DNA of 62,997 nt, the filler included, from Conidiobolus incongruus B7586 (taxonomy: Eukaryota), in the NCBI GenBank assembly GCA_000697335.1. It is 3 parts of 3 records of this genome, joined end to end, with 100 filler letters (N's around TTAATTAATTAA, not from the genome) between each part and the next. Parts side by side here need not be neighbours in the genome. Positions count along the whole stretch, not along the records: positions 42,437 to 62,997 come from JNEM01006066.1; 2 more parts are not named here. The stretch is one strand, 5' to 3'. Shown piece after piece: positions 51,796 to 62,997 of the stretch. Numbering within the stretch: position 1 is the first letter of the stretch; every line of letters starts with the position of its first letter. A model generated the notes under the pieces. That model was not told the DNA's origin and ran no database searches. It was given only the letters and a program-made list of their open reading frames with translations. Both the position numbers and the translations under genes were made by a program.

Positions 51796-53079
51796 TTATT
51801 TTATCTTAAAACTTGAAATTTTACTGTTAATTTCGTCTATTTGATCCTGAACAGTTTCGATACGATTCCTGACATTGTCCAAATTCCTCGTAACTTCATT
51901 CATAGCATCCTGACTCAGTTTCAATCGTACTTGGCTCGTATCTCTCACAGATTCCCAGCGCGATTTGCATCCTTTGAAATCTGGTAAGGGAATCACTTTG
52001 GTGCCAGGGTGCTGAGGTGGCCCAATTTTGGTCTTCAGATTGTCCACGACGTCTTTGTTGTGGGGGTTCGCTCGCTGAATTTGCCCCAGTTCCCACCGTT
52101 TAACTTCTTCGTCTTCACTCGATTCGATGGATTGAGCGTCTTCATTAATGTTGAGTTGGTTCAATTCGTTATTTTGATTGTCTAAAATTATATTAATAAA
52201 TCATCTAATGCTGGATTGCTGGATTGTTACCTTCATTCATACCGTCTGCTTCATCGTCAATCACTTTCAATGTATTGAGACTCCCGCTCTAAGTTCAAGT
52301 TAACAATCAAGCTATTATCAAACCTTAAAAAACTTACTTGACTCGAGCTAAACCCGATAAAATCTTCATTCAACTCTGACTTCTTCCCGATTGGAGGAAT
52401 GTTTTCAAACTCTAGTATAAAAAATTAGTGAGATTGTGGTATAAAGGATAAATGTTAAGTTACCTAGAGGGAATTTGGACCTAACCAAATCTTCATCTTC
52501 GGGTTTCTTGCTCGCCGATAGTTTCTTTAAGTCGTTGAGAGCTTCGGCACCATAATCTCGACTGTTGTTATCTGTGGTTAATGTACTGGCACTGAAATTC
52601 AAATCTTGATCACTAGCGGATAATGAGTATAAATAAATGTAACGTTATGCTAAACTTACTCGAAAATATTGAGATTTCTGCCCTTTGACTTGGATTTAGA
52701 CAGTTTCTGGCTCGCTTTCGACTTAGTTATTTGAAATGATGGTGTCGCTTCGTCTTCATCGTCCTATAAAAGCATTAGTTATACTATTTTAACGAAGCTA
52801 TATGAGTATTACGTTGTTAAAGCTGATAAAACTTTTTTTTGCTTTTGGTTTCTTCGGTTTTAACTTGGAAGTAATATCTATATTTAAATTTTCATAAATA
52901 TTCTATAAAAGTTAAAATTAATAATGATTACCTTCGACATTTGTTAGAACTGGTGATTCTATTTGAATGTTGCTTGAAGTGGAATCTTGATTCGGTGGTG
53001 TGGAAGTATTAGAAATATCGTCCTCGTCCTCTTCAACTACAATTTTCTTGCGTATATGTTTGTTACGATTTCTAAACAT
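51796..53079 (-). CDS. Ntr2/GCFC2-like spliceosome-disassembly factor (short form), multi-exon
   Basis: MFRNRNKHIRKK, KFISFN/DDEDE, DYGAEALNDLKK, EDFIGF, RWELGQIQRA, then a coiled coil. No C-terminal GCFC domain seen. Confidence 0.55.
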
Positions 53080-53409
53080 TTTTAATGAATGAAATTTTGG
53101 GATTTGAGGAAATTAGTCACCTGTCTTTATAGTAAATTTTGAAATCTAATAATAGTTATGGGATTGATAAAATGGATTGATAATGAATAATTTTGATGAT
53201 ATTGGATAAATAGGATGTTGGATAATGATTTGAATGAAAAATCTCAAGTATGTTGTGATAAAAGTATGGTTGTAAAGTCGTCGTATTAGTAGTTTAGTTA
53301 AATAAATGAAAGTTTTTTTATTCTTGTTTTTATATTGTTGATATTAAAAAAAATATTGAAATACAATGTATGAGGAAAAGTATTTGGTGGGGGGAGGATA
53401 GTAAGAAAT

Positions 53410-54000
53410 TTAAAGTGAGTTGATAGGATTAAGTGAGGTGTAATGATAGATCGAGGGGATAGGGAAAAGCTGATAACAGACATAAAGCTGATGACTAGAA
53501 TGATCTAATCAAGTTATTGATCACAGAAATTGGATCAGTGAATTATATCAAGCAACTATATTATCATATTCGATAACCTTGAATCCAAAAGCTTTGTCCT
53601 TGTCCTTGTTACTTGGGATCGAAGTAGTGGATTCATTGATTTCATTAGTTGATTTTGACCCTGTTGGCAAGAAGTGCCTTGGAATCCAATCTTCATTGAA
53701 GATGATATCATGAGTTATTAAAGTTAAGTGTTGATTGGAGCGGGTTAGTCATTCCTCTAGCACTCTGCTTTCTTGACGAATCTCTCTGTTATATGCACGG
53801 AATTTGTTAAATTGAGAGTATCAAAGTACGCTATCCTCTTGAAGCGCTAAATATAAGGTAAAAATATAAATAGATAGCTAAAAAATCATACTTCTATTGG
53901 AAATGCACAGATTAGTAATTCAGGTCAAAGATTATTGAAGAAAGGTTTATAAAAATGTAATTGATCATTATTATTCGGATGATTGTTCATCTTGACGACT
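53410..54000 (-). pseudogene. Stop-interrupted reading frame with a putative 45-nt intron (53847-53891)
   Basis: One frame reads ...NLCISNR/TLQEDSVL*YSQFNKFRAYNREIRQESRVLEE*LTRSNQHL...FGFKVIEYDNIVA*YNSLIQFL*SIT*LDH...; coding-like base composition against AT-rich flanks. Confidence 0.55.
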
Positions 54001-54798
54001 TGAAATTGATAGATTATAGTCGATACTTGTAGGATATTTGTATTTCAAAAATTGAAAATTTTCAAAATCTATAATTTTTTAAAAATTTTCATTGAATGAT
54101 TGAACTGAGAAGATGATGATTTAATTGGTAAGATTAATAGTTTAGAAACTATCTCAATTCCTCCAAATTCTTCAAAATATAACTTATATAAATCCTTGCA
54201 CAGTAATCTCGAATTTTAAAATATTTGATTGATCGATACCAGATGTCTAACAATGGATTGAATTAAAATTGAAAATTTTGAATTATTAAATGGTTATATA
54301 ATAATATCCAATTTGAGCTTAAAGTAATCGAGACAACCAAATACCCTAACCAATTTTTTATTAATAATATTGTTTTAGTTAATCATAAATCTTTTAATAC
54401 AATATATTCGATTGAATTCAAATTTCATAAATTTATTTAAAATTTCTGACAACACCGTTTACAAATATTTAGTAAAAGCTTGAAATATTGATGAAAAAAG
54501 ATAAAAAAACCCACTAATTTTAGTTGAATATTAGTTAAAAGTACATATTCAAATGTTTTATATACCTTAGCAATATTACTAAAAATAAAACATTCAAGAT
54601 TGACCTGAATTATTAACAGAATCAGGTTTGAATTCAGAGGAACAATCAAGACAAATGTTGGTTAAAGTGATTTATCAAATATAATTCAAAATTTGAAAAA
54701 AATATCAATGCTTATAATAATGAATTTAAAATAGGTTTATTTATAAATGAAATGAAATCTTGATAGTAATTGAAAAGAAAAAAAATGTAACCTGGAGT

Positions 54799-57700
54799 TT
54801 AGTTAATATCTAAAATCTTTTTGAGTTTGATAATAAGAGCCCATTCTTCCTTGGTCACATCATTACGGAAACTTTCCTTGAGAACATCGATGGAAGATCT
54901 GGAAATTTTGGAGTAGAGTTCGTCCTTTTCGGTAAAGTGTCTACCATAAATCTTGGGCGATTCGTAGGGTGGGAGTTCAAGCTTAATGGCAACACCACCA
55001 CCAGCTTGTCCTTTCTTACAGATTTCAATGGGTTTGTGGTTTTGTTCGATACCTGTGACGTTACCGAGGAAGACAACTTCACGTTGTTGTGTTTCGGGGT
55101 TGAAAGGGGCGATACAGATGGGAGTACCGATACGAAGGGCACCTTCGATGACATCAACACCCATGACAATGGGGGAGCGCTTGTTGAAAATGGCTCCAGG
55201 GATCATCTTAAGGACACAAGGGAATACGGCCTTAGGAGCTTGATCAATTCTCTTTTGCTCCATAATTTCCTTGTTATGGGCAGTGAATGCATCGAACAAG
55301 TGATAAATAATTTCGGCTTGGAAGATCTTAATACCTAATTGATTAGCCAATTCTTCAGCCTCCTTATCAACTTTAACATCGAAAGCTAACATGACAGCGA
55401 ATTCTCTAGCGCGTTCTAACATAGTGGCACAGCGAATAATATCCTTCTTGTAGACGGGACCAATGTTGATAGCGGATACAGGAATCTTGGAAACCTTTAA
55501 GAATTCCAAAAGAGCTTCAAGGGAACCAAGAGTGGAAGCTTGGACAGATACACCCTTACCAGTCTTGTCAATCTTGTTAAGTAAATCTTGAAGATCACCC
55601 ATAACTTCTTCTTTGAGATCTTCTTCGTCATCATCGGGACCAACAACCATCAAACGAGAGCCAGCGATGGCCTTTTCCAAATCAGGGGCAGCAATCTTGA
55701 CACCAAGAGCGGCCTTGACGGATTTGTGGTGTACATAGGCAGATTTGACACGTAATTCACGGAGTGGTTGAGGTGTTAAGAGAGCACGAACGTTTGTGAC
55801 AATTGGGCCATTAAGACCACAAAGTACAATCTTGTCACCTTCGTGAAGGACACCGTTAGAGAGGACAACATCAATAGTAGTACCTAAACCTTCAATGACC
55901 TTAACTTCGAGAACAGTACATTCTAATTCAGAGAGGTACATCAATTTATCACTCATTCTGGTTTGGGTTAAGGTGACCAAGAGATCCAAAAGATCGGGAA
56001 TACCTTCGCCAGTGATGGCAGAGGTAGGTACCAAGGAAACGTATTTGGCGAAGTTCTTGTTTTCATAGTAAAGGGTAGAATTAAGACCTTGTTCCATTAA
56101 AGCCAAGATGGTAGCCTTGACTCTAGTATCAAATTCATCTTTGACAGACTTGGATTGCTTGGCAAGAGAATCTTGGAAACCATTGTCAGGAGTGGGTTGC
56201 CAGCCATAGATACGATCAATCTTATTAAGGGCGACAATGAAAGGAGCCTTTCTTTCTCTCAAAAGTCGGATAGATTCAATGGTTTGAGGTTCAAGACCGT
56301 GCATAATATCAATTACCAAAATGGCAATGTTACAGAGAGAAGAACCTCTAGAACGTAAATTGGTGAAAGATTCGTGCCCAGGAGTATCAATGATTAATAA
56401 ACCAGGTAATTTGTAGCTGTCCAAATTGCCTCTATTTAAAACAGCAGTCTTTTGCTTAATAGCATCTACAGGGAAATAGGTAGCACCAATTTGTTGAGTA
56501 ATACCACCAGCTTCTCCTTCTTGGACATTGGTTTGACGAATTTTATCAAGTAATTTAGTTTTACCAGTATCGACGTGTCCCAAGATACAGCAAATAGGAG
56601 AACGGAGATTGTCTTTGGAACGAGCAGCCAAAGCTTCTTCATATCTGATCCTACGGCGTTCAGCGGCTTCTTGCTTCTTCTTGAGAGCAAGCTGTTGAGC
56701 TACACTCATTTCATCATCACTATCTGACTCATCAGAATCAGAATAGTCGGAATCATCTTCAGAATCGTCTTCAGATTCAGATTCAGATTCTTCGGCAGGA
56801 GCAGCCTTCTTAGCGGGAGCCTTGGTGGGGGCTGATTCTTTAGCAGCAGGTTTCTTGGGTTCAGGTTTAGCTTCAGCTTTAGCAGGAGCCTTAACTTCGG
56901 GCTCGGGTTGGGGTTCAGGTTCAGGTTCAGATTCAGATTCATCATCCCAATTGTCTTTGACATTATCTTCAGGCTCAGCTGCGACAACAGGAGCAATTTT
57001 ATCTTCATCGAAATCTTCCCAACTATCTAAAACATCATTATCGTCTTCAGCAGGTTTGGCTGATTCAGGTTCAGGTTCAGGTTTAGGCTCAGGCTTAGGT
57101 TCAGGCTCCTTAGCTTGAACAGGAGAGGTTTGATCTTGCTTATTTTTCTTCTTTTTACTACCATATAAGACACGTTTGGGTTTACTAGCTTCGCCTTCGG
57201 ATTTATCATTGGATTGGTTGGGCATAATGACACCTGAGGCGGCCAAGGCTTCAAGACGTAATTGATTCCTACGTTGGGCTTCTTTTTGGGATTTAGTAAG
57301 CAATTTACCCTCCTTACGTAATTGTTCTTTCTTGAGTCTTTCTTTTTCTTTCTTAGCCAAACGGGCTTCTTCTTTGCGTCTTTCTTCCTCTTCAATACGC
57401 CTTTGTTCTTCTTCAATCCTTCTGGCCTCTTCTTCAGCTTGTTTTCTGGCGAGCTCTTCAGCTTCACGCTGAGCTTCCAACATCTTACGAAGTGCTCCAA
57501 TGGGAGCACCGGATTTCTTTTTGGAGGCAGCAGCTTCAGCTTTTTCGGCAGCAGTCTTCTTCTTCTTTTTCTTTTTGTTTTTGCTAGTAGTTTCGCCACC
57601 TTCTTCTTCAGCATCATTTTCAGCATCAAGAGTCTCTTCAGCTAAGACGGGAGAAGTTTCTTCAGGAGTTTGAGCAGCTCTAAGCTCAGCTTCACGTTTA

Positions 57701-58686
57701 GCTTGTTCTTGACGTTCTTTCTTTTGTCTTTCTTTACGTTCCTTTTCCTTTTGTTTGGAAGATTTGATTGTGGAAACGGGCTCAGCAGGAGTAGTGATAG
57801 GAGGAGTAGTGATGCCATGTTCAGCATTAAATTCTTCTAATTCTTTTTCCCAATCATCATCATCTTGCTTTTTATTCTTCTTATTCTTCTTTTTATCTTT
57901 AGTATTCTTTTTAACGGGTGTGGGCTCAGGCTCAGGAATAGCTTCTTCATTATCAGGATCAGCGAAAGCAGCTTCCCAGTCCTCTTCCTGTTGCTTCTTC
58001 TTATTCTTCTTGCCCTTAGTCTTGGGAGCTGGAACAGGTTCTTCGTACTCTAAATCTTCACCAGCAGCCAATTTTTCGACATCATCGAAAGCAGAGTCGA
58101 AGTCATCATCCAATTTCTTATTTTTCTTCTTCTTGCCACCTTTAGCTTTGGGTTGAGGAATATCTTCTTCCAATTCAAGATCTTCGCCGGCAGCGAGTTT
58201 TTCCATATCGTCAAAAGCATCATCAAAATCATCCAATTGCTTCTTCTTTTTGGATTTTTTATCCTTCTTCTTTGTAGCCATAGCAGGGACTTCAATGTCA
58301 TCTTCCTCGTCATTTAATTTAGAATCTTCATCTTCCAATAAGTTCAAATCAGCGAAGTTAATCTTATTCTTCTTGTTTTTTTTGTTTCCCTTTTTAGCAG
58401 TGGCATTTAGCATGCTCATTAAACCATCGTCGCCACCTTCTAAATCTCCGAGATCGATACCGAGGTCTTCAAGACCGTCTAGAGATGCGAAACCAAAATT
58501 ATTTGCTTTTTTGGTTGTCTCAGGCTTTTCATTTAATGAAATATCTAATCCAGCTGGCTCATCATCGGAACTAAAGAAGAAATTAGAAAAATGAAGAAAA
58601 ATTATTTAATGAGATTCATCCACTTACTCAAAACCCAGATTTTGATTTTTTTTATTTCCTTTCTTATTGGTACCTTTCTTGACCAT
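54799..58686 (-). CDS. FUN12: Translation initiation factor eIF5B (2 exons; intron 58571-58627)
   Basis: [42 protein letters not shown]; long K/E/D-rich N-terminus. True ATG at 58686 ([10 protein letters not shown]), in frame with the track ORF after splicing. Confidence 0.97.
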
Positions 58687-59841
58687 GATTAAAAATCTAT
58701 ATTACAAATCTAAATTAGAAAATATATTAGAATTGTATTAAAAATAAAGTTTTTATGATTAAATGATAATTTTTAATCAATTTTATAAAATATTTTCTAT
58801 TTTTTAGTTTTATGTATTGATATATAATATTAATATACTAGTTACGCAATAATGGTATTTAGTGGAAATTATGATATTCATGTACAAAAAAAAAAGAATT
58901 GTATAAGTGATGTATGCAGATAATGGGCGAAAACTATAAAATCGCTGAATATTGACAGTAGCAACTTACAAATTATTATACAATAATCTTTATACTTGAA
59001 AATCAAGTTTTTTATAAAGGTCAATTCCTAAAAAATTGATTGCGTTGAACTTTAATACCTTTGTTCACATTAGAAAATTTTGAAAATTATGGGATTGTTT
59101 TAAGGAACATTTACATTTTTGGAAATAATATGTTCATAAATTCCCTTAATTTGTGAGAACTATCGTTCCTCATAATTTACGTCATTATTAAAATTTAAGT
59201 TTAAAATGCTGGATTGAAGTCTAAATTAATATATTCATAAGATTCTTCAAATTTATCACATTTGTAGAAAATGTTAATTGCAGAATAATTTATTTATCTT
59301 ATATTGATAAATTGAGTTTACAGAATCTTATCCAATTCTTGATTAGTTAAAACTTTCATAACTCATCTTACAAATTTGAATGATTTAATGAAATTTACTA
59401 AAAAATTTACAATAAATTTAATTTGGATAATATAAATCAAATAATATAATTTTTATTGAAATGTTATGTAATCTTTTTATATTTCAATAATACACATGTT
59501 TTTTTTGAATTAATTTTATCATGAATATACTACAATCAATAATGAATGCTTACAATATCCCATAAAAATGGGCAAAAAACAGTTATATTGAATTAAAAAA
59601 TCCACAATTGATCTTAATTCAATTCGTCATTAAACATTGACAAATTGATAAACAAATAAAAAATAACTATAAAAAATAACAGTCATTATCAAATATTATA
59701 AAATATAAAAATAATAATTATATTATTTAACAATATTGCAAACTGTTCATAATATAAAAATTTTAATTACCAACAAGATTTCAAACAATTTATTTTAATT
59801 TATAATTAAACATTTTTTTAAAACATTTTTGTATTTATAAT

Positions 59842-61279
59842 ATGGATCCTTCAGCAACTCCTTTTCAACCTCAAACCAATTTGGAAGAAAAATTAAGTCA
59901 ACTAAATTTACAAGCTTCTAACTCACCAACTAATGGGAAAAACGAAACACACCAAGGCTCTAAACACCGTCAAAGAGGTAGCCGTGGTAGTGGTAATGGC
60001 AAGAAAAAAGATGTAATACTTCCAATTTTTTTTTAATTTTTCTGAAACTAACTTGTGTAAATTAGAACCAACAACAACCTCAAACCGATTATAATCCTAC
60101 CGCTTTAGTAGTTAAAAATATTCATTTAGGTATTGATAGAGATACGTTTTTACAAGCAATGGTATATATTCGCTTCACTCAAATTTCCATCGTTTTATTA
60201 ATATAATTATTTACATAGGAAGAGCTAGGGCTACCGAAACCTTTTGCCTTTAATTATTACTATGAAGATGGCGTATTCAGAGGCCTCGCTTTTATAAATT
60301 ATCATTCCGCTAATGATGCTCAAACTGTATTAAATCAGTTAAATGGAACAGAATTATCTGGTAGAAAATTAAAAGTCGAATTTAAGAAATATGCACCCAA
60401 CTCCGATAAAAACCTTAAACCAAATCATAATGTTAACAATAATGGTTCAAATAATAATATTAAAGGTAATATTATTATGAAATTGGATATTTCGGCAATT
60501 GATTTATAAATGAATATTTAGCAAATTTTAACCTTAATTTGCAAGATCCATATATCCGATCAATATTCGATCAATTGTCACAATTTCAAGCTAACTTCCA
60601 GCAGCATGAATGTTACTTTCCGAATGACCCACCATCCACTAACCCTGGACAACCAAGTTTACTTGAGATACTCGCACATAAACTGAATTTACACTATTCT
60701 ATTGACCCAGATCTCAATTGCGTTAAACTTTCTAAAACAGAAAATCAAAAGAATGTATTAACTAAATTCAGTCGTCAATCTCAAATGGCAGAAGAATTAC
60801 GTAAGAAGGGAACCCTTCCAGAAAAGAAGGCGAATACTCCTCCAACTTCAGGAGGGAAGAAAAAAGAAAACTTCAATCAAAGTGGCGATACGTCTAATAG
60901 TGAGCCAAATCAAGGACAGGGGCGTAGCAAAAATCGTAATAGGCTTGAATCGCCCAACACTCATGCTAAAGAAGGTTTCAAAGGTAGATCTCCAAGAAAT
61001 TCTCAGTTATTAAATTCCGCTGGCAATACTCCCGATCCTCAATCTCCACACAACATCCAAACTCCTTCTTCATCCCGGGATTTGGAGAAAACTGCAAGCA
61101 GTCAAGCCAGAGAGGCTCCTTTCCTTATTGGAAATAAGTCTAATGCTAATAACTTCACTATTGCACCAATTCGTCAGCCCAGAGGCCCTGACTTGACTCA
61201 GAATTTTTATTCTCGTCGAATGGGCTTAGGCCTTGGCATTCCACAAGATCCCAATGTTCATAGTGCTACTTACGCTTGA
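59842..61279 (+). CDS. PIN4: RRM + degenerate R3H RNA-binding protein of the Pin4/Cip1-Cip2 family (4 exons)
   Basis: PTALVVKNI..., LPKPFAFNYYYEDGVFRGLAFINY...LSGRKLKVEFKK (Pin4/Cip-type RRM); C-terminal PIRQPRGPD (SUZ-C-like). Confidence 0.82.
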
Positions 61280-62997
61280 AATAATTCTTATTTAAGAGAT
61301 TTTCACAGCCGTACCATAACTATCCACTGTAGCCACTTTGAATAACTTCATTATATATTGTATTATTCAAGCCAAACCTATTTATTTTCTTTTGAGCGTA
61401 TGTTTAAACATTGGGTTTGTTAAGATTTATTTGTAATAAATCTAAATACAATTAAATCACAATTTAATTTTTTTGAGTTTCTTAATTAAAACTTAAATTT
61501 TTAAATTTTATTAATAAATAGCAGTAAAAATCTATTTCATTCTTTTATTCCAATAAATAAATTTAAAATTATTTTCAAATATAATTTTAATTTCATATTT
61601 TGTATATTATCAAATTGAAATTTGATATATAAAAAAGTTATTAATAATGCTAATAATCATTTAAATAGTTTAATTCATAAAGGCAAATGGTCAAAAGAAA
61701 TATATGAGATCAATAAAGCAGGTATAATCATCACAGACGACATTATAAACATTTCAGTATTTCATATAAAAAATTTACAAAAACTTAAAGTTTAATTGTA
61801 TTTACCATGATTCTTCATATTGGGATATTTTTCATACTTGAATAATAACACTAATAATTTTTTAGCAAATATCTAGTTTTGTAGAATAGATGTATAAATT
61901 AACCTTAGCATAAGTTTTTTGATCCCAAAATATGTAACACATTCGTATAAACAATTTAGATATTAAACAATAAGAATATTTTGAAACCATGAATTATTTT
62001 TCCAATTGAAAATATATTAACAAAGGATAAAATGAGTAAATTTAAATTGATGAAATATTAATATTGCAAACGTACAATAGTATTGGAATGTTTCTATTAT
62101 TAAAAAACTTAAAAAATTATTATCAACCTTTTTATTGAAGATAAATTAAAATTGAGATATAGTGGCAAAAAGTGACAATAGTGAACTAATATATAGGAAA
62201 GAAAATACAATATATTGAAACAAAATCAATGAGATTACATATATAATAAAAATTTCAAATTGGATATAATTTGAAAAATGAAAATATATACTTTTTATTA
62301 AATAATAAATATATATTGATTAAATGAAACTATTGCATAGTAAAAAAAATGTTTGAATACAAAAAATCTTAGTTATATCTCAATTTCTGGAAGAATTATA
62401 ATGTTAATAAAAAATTATATTAGCTTAAGTTTCCAAAATATTTTCTAATAGTATATTGTTTATATTAAATTTGTTGTGGTTATGATTTCATAATTAGAAT
62501 AAAATTATATAAATATTTTAAATTTTTCAAATTTAGAACTAATAATTATTTACTATGAAATTTATTTACTAATAGTCATAATTCAAACTATAATTAATAA
62601 TATTATATTTAAACTAACTGTATTAATCATTATTAGAAAAAATCTATTGTTATTAATATTTCATTTCGGTATAATTTTGAATATTAAAATAACTTTGAAT
62701 AATAGAATATCTATAGGATTTTATTAAGCATAACAATATAATTTGATCTTATTAAATGAAATATTAAGTTATATATTTATATAATCTTGAAAATATCAAA
62801 GAAAATTAATTCAAATATAACCTTTTATTAATTTCATATATTAAACTGATATTATTAATTTATATTTTAAATAAAAAAATTTTTATAATTAAAAATATAA
62901 AAATAATAATATAATATAAATTTAATAGTTTCTTTTATTATTAATAATTTTTTGTTATATTTTTAACAAACTTTTAATATTTAAAAAAAATTTTTAT

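Noticed and set aside
53509..53823. Selenoprotein interpretation of the in-frame TGAs
   Set aside because: No UxxC/CxxU or known selenoprotein context, too many TGAs, and TAA stops in the upstream segment; kept only as a remote alternative.

Overview
AT-rich eukaryotic DNA with many ~45-55 nt GT-AG introns. Gene content and style point to an early-diverging fungus (Zoopagomycota/Conidiobolus-like; inference). The window holds about 21 protein-coding genes, many split by introns and only partly seen by the ORF track. In order: F-box protein (partial), prion-like-repeat MIR protein, a hypothetical protein, guanylate kinase, Cgr1, ACMSD, an Rsc58/BRD7-like protein, clathrin heavy chain, ketopantoate reductase, dynamitin, glycogenin (cut by a gap), a CSL/RBP-J transcription factor, Kin1/MARK kinase, Rpf2, Tlg2/syntaxin-16, Nur1/Mug154, CSN6, Alb1/Ecm1-like, dephospho-CoA kinase, Ntr2-like, eIF5B and Pin4/Cip. 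There are also tRNA-Ile(AAT) and two 100-nt scaffold gaps with a TTAATTAATTAA linker. The most notable signals: (1) a strand-oriented promoter motif, sense (C)AATCCCAYAA/CAACCCATAA, mostly 65-120 bp upstream of the housekeeping ATGs; (2) a cluster of CSL-type GTG(G/A)GAA sites around the TATA box of the CSL gene itself, whose product seems to lack the C-terminal domain; (3) a hidden reading frame at 53.4-53.9 kb whose internal stops in the long exon are all TGA; (4) a Sup35-like repeat fused to a MIR domain. All exon calls and motif counts were made by eye.
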